DNA of 41,594 bases from positions 1 to 41,594 of the forward strand of contig JBDRHA010000005.1 in assembly GCA_043817235.1 (NCBI GenBank). The letters run 5' to 3'. This document shows positions 8,397-15,568 of the stretch, in pieces. Every line of letters starts with the position of its first letter. Position 1 is the stretch's first letter. Both the position numbers and the translations under genes were made by a program. This stretch comes from Candidatus Shapirobacteria bacterium. GTDB lineage: Bacteria; Patescibacteriota; Microgenomatia; UBA12405; BS750m-G30. The notes beneath the pieces are model-generated. The model ran no database searches. It worked only from the letters and a program-made list of their open reading frames with translations, and was not told where the DNA came from.

Positions 8397-8856
8397 GTAA
8401 GTAGATCTAGCGCACTTTAAAAGTGATTCCCCTGTCAATTGCGGCAGGTTAAGAATCTTTTTTTCGGCCAGGCTGGAAAAAGGTTAGAGTTGAACTTTGG
8501 CTCCTTAAGCTATTTGGTAGACTAATACTTGAGCCAATAGAGAGTCGCCCAAAGCCAGAGAACTAAGAGAACGCTATGGCATTCCCGACTACAAGGACGT
8601 GTATGTCGGGCTGGACGGAGTGGTCAGAACTACTCCCGGAGAAGCCATAAGGTCGAGTCAGGCACTCGAAGGTGACTTTAGCCGTGGGGCGAGTGGGGGT
8701 TGCTCACAAGACGCTGAGCAAGCGACGGGCAAGCCCTGAGAAACGGAACCAAAACCGAATAAGTGACTAGATCTTAGGGGAAAGGGTGCTCTCGCAGGAG
8801 AGATAAAGCGTATGAGTCACTACGCAAAAGCGGTATGCTTCACCCTTTCTTTTTTT
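8397..8856 (+). ncRNA. Putative large structured RNA of unknown family (may contain a 68-codon frame, 8533-8739)
   Basis: Has its own promoter, a long-range closing stem (8403-8417 with 8761-8774), at least nine internal helices, and a terminal stem GAAAGGGTG/CACCCTTTC followed by a T-run. Confidence 0.55.
8780..8856 (+). terminator. Branched intrinsic terminator-like structure
   Basis: GAAAGGGTG (8780-8788) pairs with CACCCTTTC (8841-8849), followed by T7. Confidence 0.6.
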
Positions 8857-8896
8857 GTATTCTAAAAAATGAACTAGGGGTTAATTTAGAACAATT

Positions 8897-9904
8897 ATGG
8901 TAAAGAAACAGAATTTTAGAAAAGTGAATTTGAAAGGATCAGTCTCCGACCTGTATGAAAAAGCCTTAGTTGGCTTTTTCAGGTTATTGCCGCCTGATTT
9001 GATTCCTCGGCTGCATCATGAAATCTTTAAAGCCCCATTTTTTCAACGAACAAAAATCTGGCAAGATTGGAATCTGCCAATTAAAATAATTGAAAAGAAG
9101 TTTGTCCAGCTGACTATGGCGCGCCAGCAACTTGCCAAAAAACAAGGATATTCTTCTTTTCTTCAATTGATTTTAGAAAAACATAAAATACCCCGGAGAG
9201 ACTATGACGCTTTTATCAAAAGTATTGATCGCCAAATTCTAGTTTTTAATAAACAATTATCGAATAGCAAGCCGTTTCCTTCTTGGTATTATTCCAAATT
9301 TGGCCGGCCTTGCGCAATTTGTTTAGCCAAATCTTTTCCCTTTAATAATTTAAATGAAGTGCTGGATTCAGTGATTGAGAAAGAAAGAATTTTGAAGAAA
9401 TTTGAAAGTCAGATTAAGATTAACTTAGGGAAAAATTCAGCAGTTAATTACAAAAATAAGGCAAATATCTTTGCAATTACTATCGACAAAAATCTTAATA
9501 ACCGCCATCAGATGGCTGATTTGATTCATGAGCTTAGTCATGTCGTGGCCGCCTTAAATAGTTTTCAAAAAAAAGTTGATTATTTCCAAAAAGGAGCTTA
9601 CTGGCGGGAAAAAGAAGCGTTGAAAGTCGAAATGAGGGTCTTAAAAAAACAACAGGATATTTTCTGGCAGAATCTTATTATCGAATGCTTACTTGTTTGG
9701 CGAAGAGAATTATTTGAAATTGAACTTTACCGGGATCCTAATCAGGATTTAAGCAAACTTTATGCTCAAACTTTTAATCGTTGTTTTCCAGGGGCAAAGC
9801 AAAAAAGCAATCCTTTATATCTCTTAGACGAAAGAATTATTCTTGCGCCCTTTTCTTCCTTACCTCATGCCCTGGCTCAATTTCAGGTATTCGTATCAAG
9901 TTAA
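8897..9904 (+). CDS. M3 (oligoendopeptidase F-like) zinc metallopeptidase, short form
   Basis: M3-like segments 'RQQLAKKQGYSSF', HExxH 'LIHELSH' with downstream E ('REKEA'), and 'LFEIELYRDPNQDLSKLY'. Confidence 0.6.
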   Translation: MVKKQNFRKVNLKGSVSDLYEKALVGFFRLLPPDLIPRLHHEIFKAPFFQRTKIWQDWNLPIKIIEKKFVQLTMARQQLAKKQGYSSFLQLILEKHKIPRRDYDAFIKSIDRQILVFNKQLSNSKPFPSWYYSKFGRPCAICLAKSFPFNNLNEVLDSVIEKERILKKFESQIKINLGKNSAVNYKNKANIFAITIDKNLNNRHQMADLIHELSHVVAALNSFQKKVDYFQKGAYWREKEALKVEMRVLKKQQDIFWQNLIIECLLVWRRELFEIELYRDPNQDLSKLYAQTFNRCFPGAKQKSNPLYLLDERIILAPFSSLPHALAQFQVFVSS

Positions 9905-9910
9905 TGTAAG

Positions 9911-9955
9911 ACCTTACCTCATTTTCTTCACGATCGGAACAAGACCGATGCAAAT
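9911..9955. repeat. CGATCG-centred palindromic repeat copy
   Basis: accttacctcattttcttcacgatcg is nearly the reverse complement of 11868-11893 and resembles 11621-11657. Confidence 0.7.
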
Positions 9956-9975
9956 GATCCCATTCTTTATGCAAT

Positions 9976-10566
9976 TCAGGAACGATCTGGGTTGTTTTTC
10001 TTGTTCGTTTGCTTTCGAAGATAATTAAAATATTTTTCCAGCTCTTGACCAGCTAAATATTTTTCCGCGTTATCCCAAAATTCTTTAAACCAATTGGCCG
10101 GATAACCTTCTTTCTCATACTCTAATGACTCTAATGACTGAATAGCCATTTCTAGTTTATCAAGTTGCTTGATGATTTTTGCTTCTTTAGTTCGCCCGGC
10201 GTTAAATTCTTCCCAAAGACGAAAATACTCTTGGAATTTAGGATTATCGGCAAACATTTTCTTAAGAACTTGGCGTTCGTCTTGGTGTTTTTTCTTTTGT
10301 GAGCCAATAACTTTTTTCCCAGACTCCCATTTGATATCGCCAATACCAATTTCGCCTAAATCATGAATTAGGGCCATTTTTACCATTTTCAAAGGATCCA
10401 GTTTTAGTTGGGGAGCAAACATTAGCGCCAGCATGGCTACTCGCCAAGTATGCTCGGCGACTGATTCAACATCTTTAACCCCTTTTAAAACCCAGCCGGT
10501 GCGTTGAATCTTTTTTAATAGACCAATTTCCAAGCTTAAATTCGTTAACTCTTCAGGCGAGATCAT
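9976..10566 (-). CDS. HD-domain phosphohydrolase (YfbR/HDDC2-like 5'-deoxynucleotidase)
   Basis: 'LKKIQRTGW...ESVAEHTWR', 'ALIHDLGE', 'EAKIIKQLDKLE'. Confidence 0.88.
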   Translation of the reverse strand: MISPEELTNLSLEIGLLKKIQRTGWVLKGVKDVESVAEHTWRVAMLALMFAPQLKLDPLKMVKMALIHDLGEIGIGDIKWESGKKVIGSQKKKHQDERQVLKKMFADNPKFQEYFRLWEEFNAGRTKEAKIIKQLDKLEMAIQSLESLEYEKEGYPANWFKEFWDNAEKYLAGQELEKYFNYLRKQTNKKNNPDRS

Positions 10567-10862
10567 TTTTTAATTTTCCTTTCTATAGCACTGACTCTTT
10601 TTAAGATCAGGTCTAATTTAGCCTTAATTTCCCTAGCTTGCTTGTCTTCAAAACTAGATTCTTCTAAAAATTCTTCAGTTGGTCTTTGGGTGATTTGGGC
10701 AATTTTTTGGAGGGTGGGCAAAGGAGGGATGGCTCGGCCAAGCTCGTAAGCGCTAATAGTTTTATCAGAAAGATTCAATTTTGCCCCCAACTCTTTTTGG
10801 GAAAAGCCAGCTAAAATTCTTGACTTTTTTATTTTTTGGGATAATTCAAAGAGGTGTTTCAT
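10563..10862 (-). CDS. XRE-family HTH transcriptional regulator
   Basis: 'FSQKELGAKLNLSDKTISAYELGRAIP'. Translationally coupled to the HD gene. Confidence 0.88.
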   Translation of the reverse strand: MKHLFELSQKIKKSRILAGFSQKELGAKLNLSDKTISAYELGRAIPPLPTLQKIAQITQRPTEEFLEESSFEDKQAREIKAKLDLILKRVSAIERKIKK

Positions 10863-10871
10863 CAGATTTTC

Positions 10872-10942
10872 ATTATAGCAAATCTATTTTTATTAGAAAA
10901 ACTCTTGACAACGATATAATAATGGTGTACTAATTCTAATAA
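10872..10942. promoter_or_regulatory. Divergent promoters with a candidate XRE operator
   Basis: Minus-strand TGcTATAAT before the XRE ATG; plus-strand TTGACA at 10905; inverted pair TTATTAGAA (10890-10898) / TTCTAATAA (10934-10942). Confidence 0.5.
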
Positions 10943-11050
10943 GACTAGATAGACGAGTCTGGCACTTTAACGAAAAGTGGGCGGAGAGAGTAATCCTTTT
11001 TAATCGCGAAAAGGAATAACTCTCTGGAGTATAGACTAAGGAGGTGTGAG

Positions 11051-11215
11051 TTGAGCAGAGAGATTGATCTTTTCTCTCGCGATCATTTCTCCGGGGCAGA
11101 AGGGCATGGAGGTGCCATCGGCTTTGAAGATGATGGAAGCGCCCATGTCACTCATTGGGGGCAGTACGAAGATCATGCTGATGTTAGTATCTTTATGATA
11201 GACGAAAAGCAGTGA
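11051..11215 (+). CDS. Small His/Gly/Asp-rich protein, 54 aa (MSREIDLFSRDHFSGAEGHGGAIGFEDDGSAHVTHWGQYEDHADVSIFMIDEKQ)
   Basis: Not in the ORF track. SD AAGGAGGTG precedes a TTG start, and the stop overlaps the next gene's GTG (GTGA). Confidence 0.65.
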   Translation: MSREIDLFSRDHFSGAEGHGGAIGFEDDGSAHVTHWGQYEDHADVSIFMIDEKQ

Positions 11216-11610
11216 AAAAAACCAAAATTATTCCAAATATGGAAGCTGGTGTGGTGCGAAAATATTTTAGCTTAGCCCAAGTGGACAAAAAGAAAGCTAA
11301 TTACGAAGATTATAAACTAGTTTTTATGCTGGCTTTGGATGATTTTTTCAATGATAAGTTAAAAGTTGACGATCTAGAGGACTTGGCTGGAGCAATCTAT
11401 TATAGTACTCGAGAACGATCTCCTGTTTGGTTTGATAGTTTTCCTGATCGAATTGGCAATGCTCTTTATTGGGCTTCAGATTTGTCTTACTATTACCACA
11501 AAGGAAAGAGAGATAAAGAAACTAATCGTAAATATCAGGATTATTTAAAGGAAGTTAAAGAGTATTATGAAGCGAATACAAGCTGGCTGAGAAGAAGATT
11601 GGAAAAATGA
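11212..11610 (+). CDS. Hypothetical protein (helical, Tyr/Asp-rich)
   Basis: 132-aa ORF coupled to the upstream small ORF; no motif recognised. Confidence 0.7.
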   Translation: MKKTKIIPNMEAGVVRKYFSLAQVDKKKANYEDYKLVFMLALDDFFNDKLKVDDLEDLAGAIYYSTRERSPVWFDSFPDRIGNALYWASDLSYYYHKGKRDKETNRKYQDYLKEVKEYYEANTSWLRRRLEK

Positions 11611-11620
11611 AGATATTTCG

Positions 11621-11973
11621 CATCATTTTTTTCACGATCGTAACAAGATTGATGCAAGTTTTATTTTGCGAGCGGAAAACCCCGGAACTCGCTTTGTGGA
11701 TGAAAGCTATAAATCCTTGTAAAGCCAGGTATCAGATGGTACTTGGCAAAGCGAGCAAAAGAAGAAACTGCTAGCTTGCTGCGCAGAGACTTCGTTTTTA
11801 TAGATCCCCGCCTTCGCTCAGGATGACAATAGCTTTCGCAATGACAGCAATTCCCTCGTTTTTCTTCCGATCGTGAAGAAAACGAGGTAAGCTTTATCTT
11901 TTCTGACCCAATCTATTCACGATCGTGAACGAAATGAGTCTGATTTGTCTTAATGTTTTAAAACATTGAGACA
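11621..11973. repeat. Composite palindromic element; degenerate direct repeat of 7965-8329
   Basis: Shares three blocks in the same order: 'tttattttgcgagcgg(g)aaaaccccgga...gtggatgaaagctata', 'agatccccgc..tcgctcaggatgacaatagc..ccgatcgtgaagaaaa', and a 28-bp palindrome (11946-11973). Confidence 0.85.
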
Positions 11974-12029
11974 AGAAAAAGCATTTTTTCTTGACTTTTT
12001 ATTTAATAAGGTTATATAAAGAGAGGTGA

Positions 12030-12350
12030 ATGGAGAGATCAAAGAAGAGCGGAGAAGAAAATGAGCCATCCATTGGTTCCCTCTCGCCAGAGGCAATAGA
12101 AAAAATTTTTGAAGTTGCTGACCGCTGTCGGCGAGACTCGGACTTTAATGCTTTATATGAGACTTTGAGAGAAGAGGGCTCATGTTGGTCTAAAAGACGT
12201 CGCGATTGTGGTTTAAGTCGCTCTGATGTGGCCAAGCGGTTAGGAATTGAACGGGAAAAGCTTCTTTTATTCGAGGGTGGTTTTCTTAGCCCAGAAGAGA
12301 TGCCTCCTGATTTTCTTTCCCAGCTGGCGGGAATTCTAGGACTCAACTAA
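12030..12350 (+). CDS. Small HTH (XRE-like) protein
   Basis: 'RRDCGLSRSDVAKRLGIEREKLLLFEGG'. SD GAGGTG and an upstream TTGACT promoter. Confidence 0.7.
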   Translation: MERSKKSGEENEPSIGSLSPEAIEKIFEVADRCRRDSDFNALYETLREEGSCWSKRRRDCGLSRSDVAKRLGIEREKLLLFEGGFLSPEEMPPDFLSQLAGILGLN

Positions 12351-12351
12351 A

Positions 12352-12375
12352 AAAGGCGCGAGAACTCGCGCCTTT
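12352..12375. terminator. Bidirectional intrinsic terminator
   Basis: AAAGGCGCGAG-aa-CTCGCGCCTTT between the convergent HTH gene and groEL. Confidence 0.75.
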
Positions 12376-12426
12376 CTGAATTTCTTTTCTGGCTTTAAGC
12401 TTTTCGCTTTTAGCTTTATGCTATTT

Positions 12427-14100
12427 TTACATCTCTCCCATGCCGCCCATACCACCCATACCGCCCATACCGCCGGGCATTCCTCCGGGCATTCCGCCCG
12501 AACTTTTCTCTTCTTCCTTTTCCGGAATGTCGGCAATCAGAACCTCGGTTGTTAAAACCATGGCCGCGACTGAGGCGGCATTTTGCAAAGCGGATCGGGA
12601 AACTTTGACCGGATCCAAAACCCCGCTTTTAACTAAGCTTTCAAACTGGTCAGTTAGGGCATTATAGCCAAAATCCGGACTGGCTTTAATTTTTTCCTCA
12701 ATTTTATTTAGAATAAAACCGTCGTCTCTGCCGGAATTTTTGGCTAACCAGCGGGTGGGCTGTTCTAGAGCCAGGCGAACAATGTCAAAGCCGATTTTTT
12801 CTTCAGCGTTTTGGGCTTTTAAGTCGATCAGCGCTTTTTTAGCCTTTAAGAAAGACACGCCGCCGCCAGGCAAGATTCCCTCTTCAACCGCCGCTTTGGT
12901 AGCTTCCACCGCGTCTTTGACCCGCTCCTGCTTTTCTTTAAGCTCTACCTCGGTGGCCGCGCCAACATTAATGACCGCCACTCCGCCGGAAAGTTTGGCC
13001 AAACGCTCTTGTAGTTTTTCTTTGTCATAGTCTGAGTCCGCAAGCTCAACTGCTCTTTTAATTTGGGCGATTCTTCCCTTTATTTCCCCTTTACTGCCTA
13101 AGCCGCCGATAATTTGGGTATTATCTTTGTCCGAAATTACTCTTTCGGCCTGCCCGCAGTCGGTAACCTCGACGGATTCCAGCTTTTGGCCGGTGTCTTC
13201 GGAAATTACTTTGCCGCCGGTTAAAACCGCAATATCTTCCAGCACTTCTTTTCTCCGGTCACCAAAGCCAGGCGCTTTGATGGCCAGACAATTGAAAGTG
13301 CCTCGCAATTTATTGACGACCAGGGTAGCTAAAGCCTCGCCCTCAATTTCTTCGGCAATAATGACAAAGTTTTTAGTTACTTTGACCAGATTTTCCAAAA
13401 AGGGGAGAATTTCCTGAACAGAGGAAATCTTCTTATCGGTAATTAAAATATAAGGTTTTTCCGAAACTGCTTCCATAGATTCCGGGTCGGTGACAAAGTA
13501 AGGGGAGGCAAAACCCTGATCAAATTCCATCCCTTCCTTATAGTCAATTTCCAGCTCCAGCCCGCGGCCTTCTTCTACGGTAATCACGCCATCCCGGCCG
13601 ACTTTTTCTAAGGCTTCGGCAATTTTAGAGCCAATTTGAGAATCAGCTGCGGAAATTGTGGCTACTTGAGCAATCTCTTTTTCTCCCTTAATGGGCTTGG
13701 CTAGTCTTTTTAGCTCCTCAACAACAGCTGCCGTGGCTTTTTCAATGCCTTTTTTAATAAGCATTGGGTTAGCGCCGGCCGTGACGTTTTTTAAGCCGTT
13801 GCTGATCATGGACCAAGCAAGCAAAGTAGCGGTTGTAGTTCCGTCGCCGGCTACGTCATTGGTCTGGGAAGCTGCTTCCTTAACCAGCTGAGCACCCATA
13901 TTTTCCCAAGGATCAGAAAGTTCAATTTCTTTAGCTACTGTTACTCCGTCGTGTACCACATTTGGAGAGCCCCATTTGCGCTCCAAAGCAACGTTGCGAC
14001 CGCGAGGGCCCAAGGTAGTGACTACGGCTTTAGATAAAGTTTCTGCACCTTTTAAGATTTTTTGCCTGGCTTGTTCGCCAAAAAGTAGTTGTTTTGCCAT
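12427..14100 (-). CDS. groEL: Chaperonin GroEL
   Basis: 'TLGPRGRNV', 'DGVTVAKEI', 'GDGTTTAT', '[10 protein letters not shown]' and a GGM tail. Confidence 0.99.
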   Translation of the reverse strand: MAKQLLFGEQARQKILKGAETLSKAVVTTLGPRGRNVALERKWGSPNVVHDGVTVAKEIELSDPWENMGAQLVKEAASQTNDVAGDGTTTATLLAWSMISNGLKNVTAGANPMLIKKGIEKATAAVVEELKRLAKPIKGEKEIAQVATISAADSQIGSKIAEALEKVGRDGVITVEEGRGLELEIDYKEGMEFDQGFASPYFVTDPESMEAVSEKPYILITDKKISSVQEILPFLENLVKVTKNFVIIAEEIEGEALATLVVNKLRGTFNCLAIKAPGFGDRRKEVLEDIAVLTGGKVISEDTGQKLESVEVTDCGQAERVISDKDNTQIIGGLGSKGEIKGRIAQIKRAVELADSDYDKEKLQERLAKLSGGVAVINVGAATEVELKEKQERVKDAVEATKAAVEEGILPGGGVSFLKAKKALIDLKAQNAEEKIGFDIVRLALEQPTRWLAKNSGRDDGFILNKIEEKIKASPDFGYNALTDQFESLVKSGVLDPVKVSRSALQNAASVAAMVLTTEVLIADIPEKEEEKSSGGMPGGMPGGMGGMGGMGGMGEM

Positions 14101-14130
14101 TTTATTTATTGCTCCTTTTTTAAATAATTA

Positions 14131-14433
14131 TTATTTTATAACTGCTAAAACTTCGTCAAATTTGACAAAAAGAAATTCGTTTTCTTCCCCTTCGGGCTTA
14201 TATTCTGACCCGGCCCATTTTTTAAAGATAATTAAATCTCCTTTTTTACAAGGAGATTCCAGCTTATTGCCATATTCGTTAATTAAAGTAGGGCCGAGAA
14301 CAACGACTTTTCCTTCTTGGGGTTTTTCTTCATGTGATTCAGGGAGCACTATTCCGGAGGCAGTGGTTTTTTCGCAGGCCAGGGGTTTAACTAATAAGTA
14401 GCCGGGAGCAGGAAGAACTTTTGCTTTGACCAT
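14131..14433 (-). CDS. groES: Co-chaperonin GroES
   Basis: 'KTTASGIVLPE...EKPQEGKVVVLGP'; directly upstream of groEL. Confidence 0.96.
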   Translation of the reverse strand: MVKAKVLPAPGYLLVKPLACEKTTASGIVLPESHEEKPQEGKVVVLGPTLINEYGNKLESPCKKGDLIIFKKWAGSEYKPEGEENEFLFVKFDEVLAVIK

Positions 14434-14480
14434 TTAAATATCTCCTTTAAAAATTATTGAAAATAATAAAAAGTAACAAA

Positions 14481-14523
14481 CTATCAGTAACTCTATATTA
14501 CTGCTAAGGAAAAAAATTGTCAA
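14481..14523 (-). promoter_or_regulatory. groES promoter overlapped by a CIRCE-like inverted repeat
   Basis: Minus-strand TTGACA at 14518-14523; TTAGCAGTA-N9-TACTGATAG at 14481-14507, versus CIRCE TTAGCACTC-N9-GAGTGCTAA. Confidence 0.6.
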
Positions 14524-14532
14524 GAGGAAAAT
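14517..14532. repeat. 16-bp direct repeat flanking the TA module (second copy at 15241-15256)
   Basis: TTGTCAAGAGGAAAAT occurs at both sides. Confidence 0.85.
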
Positions 14533-14919
14533 TTAGGAAAGAATAGTAATGTCTTTCATTGGGTAATCGGATCGATTGAAAGTAACCAGTGTTGCCTGAT
14601 AATACTTGGCCGTAGCCGCGATTAAACAATCAGGTAATTTTAAATTTCGACCTTGACGCAAGAATTCTTTCCGATATTCAGCAGCTAGTCGGGCGGTGCT
14701 CGTTTCTACCGGAAGGGTACCAAATTCGTCTAAAAAAAGCTCAAATTTTTTGGCTTCTTGGGGAGAAGCGCCGGTTAAAAACTCGGCCGCCGTAATCGCA
14801 GAGATTGCCGCTTGTTTATCTTTAATCCACTTTCTAAAGCGAGAAGCCCAAGGCTTTTTATTGGCCAAAGCGTAAATTAAAATATTGGTATCAAGTAAAT
14901 AGAGTTTCATTTTTCCCAT
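14533..14919 (-). CDS. vapC: VapC-like PIN-domain toxin
   Basis: 'YLLDTNILI', 'SAITAAEF', 'LPDCLIAATA...LVTFN.SDY'. Confidence 0.9.
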   Translation of the reverse strand: MGKMKLYLLDTNILIYALANKKPWASRFRKWIKDKQAAISAITAAEFLTGASPQEAKKFELFLDEFGTLPVETSTARLAAEYRKEFLRQGRNLKLPDCLIAATAKYYQATLVTFNRSDYPMKDITILS

Positions 14920-15212
14920 TCTTGACGTAAGTTTTTCAGCCAGCGGTCAAGATTGCGGGGTGTTTTCCATTCCGGGTGACTTTTCAAAGAAACACTACCG
15001 ATTAGCTGATTAGCCAGCCCCTCTAATTTTTGATTGATTGCCTTTTCGGAAACGATTCTCAAGTAAGCAGCTTTGCGTAGATATTCCGAAAGGCTTTCGT
15101 CGGTGGTTTTCCTTTGAGCATCAATAATTTTTTTTAAAAGACGAGTTAAAATTACTTGGGTTCTTATTTTCGGGCTGTTTAGAACTTCAGTCCATCGACT
15201 GTTTATATTCAT
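14907..15212 (-). CDS. Putative antitoxin (RHH-like) of the PIN toxin
   Basis: Overlaps the toxin start; 'IRTQVIL...ESLSEYLRKA' RHH-like pattern; C-terminal 'WLKNLRQEW'. Confidence 0.7.
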   Translation of the reverse strand: MNINSRWTEVLNSPKIRTQVILTRLLKKIIDAQRKTTDESLSEYLRKAAYLRIVSEKAINQKLEGLANQLIGSVSLKSHPEWKTPRNLDRWLKNLRQEWEK

Positions 15213-15213
15213 G

Positions 15214-15247
15214 GTGTAATTTTATTACACACTAGTATTCTTGTCAA
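15214..15247 (-). promoter_or_regulatory. TA promoter with palindromic operator
   Basis: Minus-strand TTGACA-17bp-TAAAAT; GTGTAAT-ttt-ATTACAC (15214-15230) overlaps the -10 box. Confidence 0.7.
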
Positions 15248-15286
15248 GAGGAAAATCATAGGGAAAAAGCGTGATAAACTAGTTTT

Positions 15287-15568
15287 ATGGGAAAAATTGA
15301 AAGATTATTCTCGTCTATCTCATCTATAAAGGAATACTTGAGGGAAGAAAAATTAGCCAGAAAATCCCGCGCTTGGGGGATGGAGCTTTACGAGCGAAAA
15401 GTTGAGGAAGGGCTTAGCCCACAGGAAGTGCATGAACAGGTTTGCCGGGGGGTTGAGGAAGAGGGTCTTTTAGAAGTTGAAATTAATGCTGGCTATTTTG
15501 AGGGCGTTTACGAGCTAGAAGATCAAATGGCGAGGTTTTCGGGCGAGGATGGAAAAAGGCTTGGGTGA
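15287..15568 (+). CDS. Hypothetical acidic protein
   Basis: 93-aa ORF with plausible composition; overlaps the convergent gene by 86 nt. Confidence 0.5.
   Translation: MGKIERLFSSISSIKEYLREEKLARKSRAWGMELYERKVEEGLSPQEVHEQVCRGVEEEGLLEVEINAGYFEGVYELEDQMARFSGEDGKRLG

Noticed and set aside
8530-8532. TGA recoded as Gly (genetic code 25) to open the cryptic frame
   Set aside because: An in-frame TAG lies at 8518-8520, and several clear genes here end at TGA, some with ATGA/GTGA coupling, consistent with code 11.
8397-8856. tmRNA, RNase P RNA, T-box, TPP riboswitch or retron msr-msd
   Set aside because: No tRNA-like ends or short tag ending in AA; no GAGGAAAGUCC P4 motif; no UGGNACC T-box; CTGAGA is present but the rest of the TPP core is missing; and there is no reverse transcriptase in the window.
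12440-14401. Plus-strand ORFs antisense to groEL/groES, and similar shadow ORFs at 1-246, 451-651, 30611-30805 and 38373-41282
   Set aside because: These are antisense shadows of well-supported genes or of PT/GGM low-complexity repeats.
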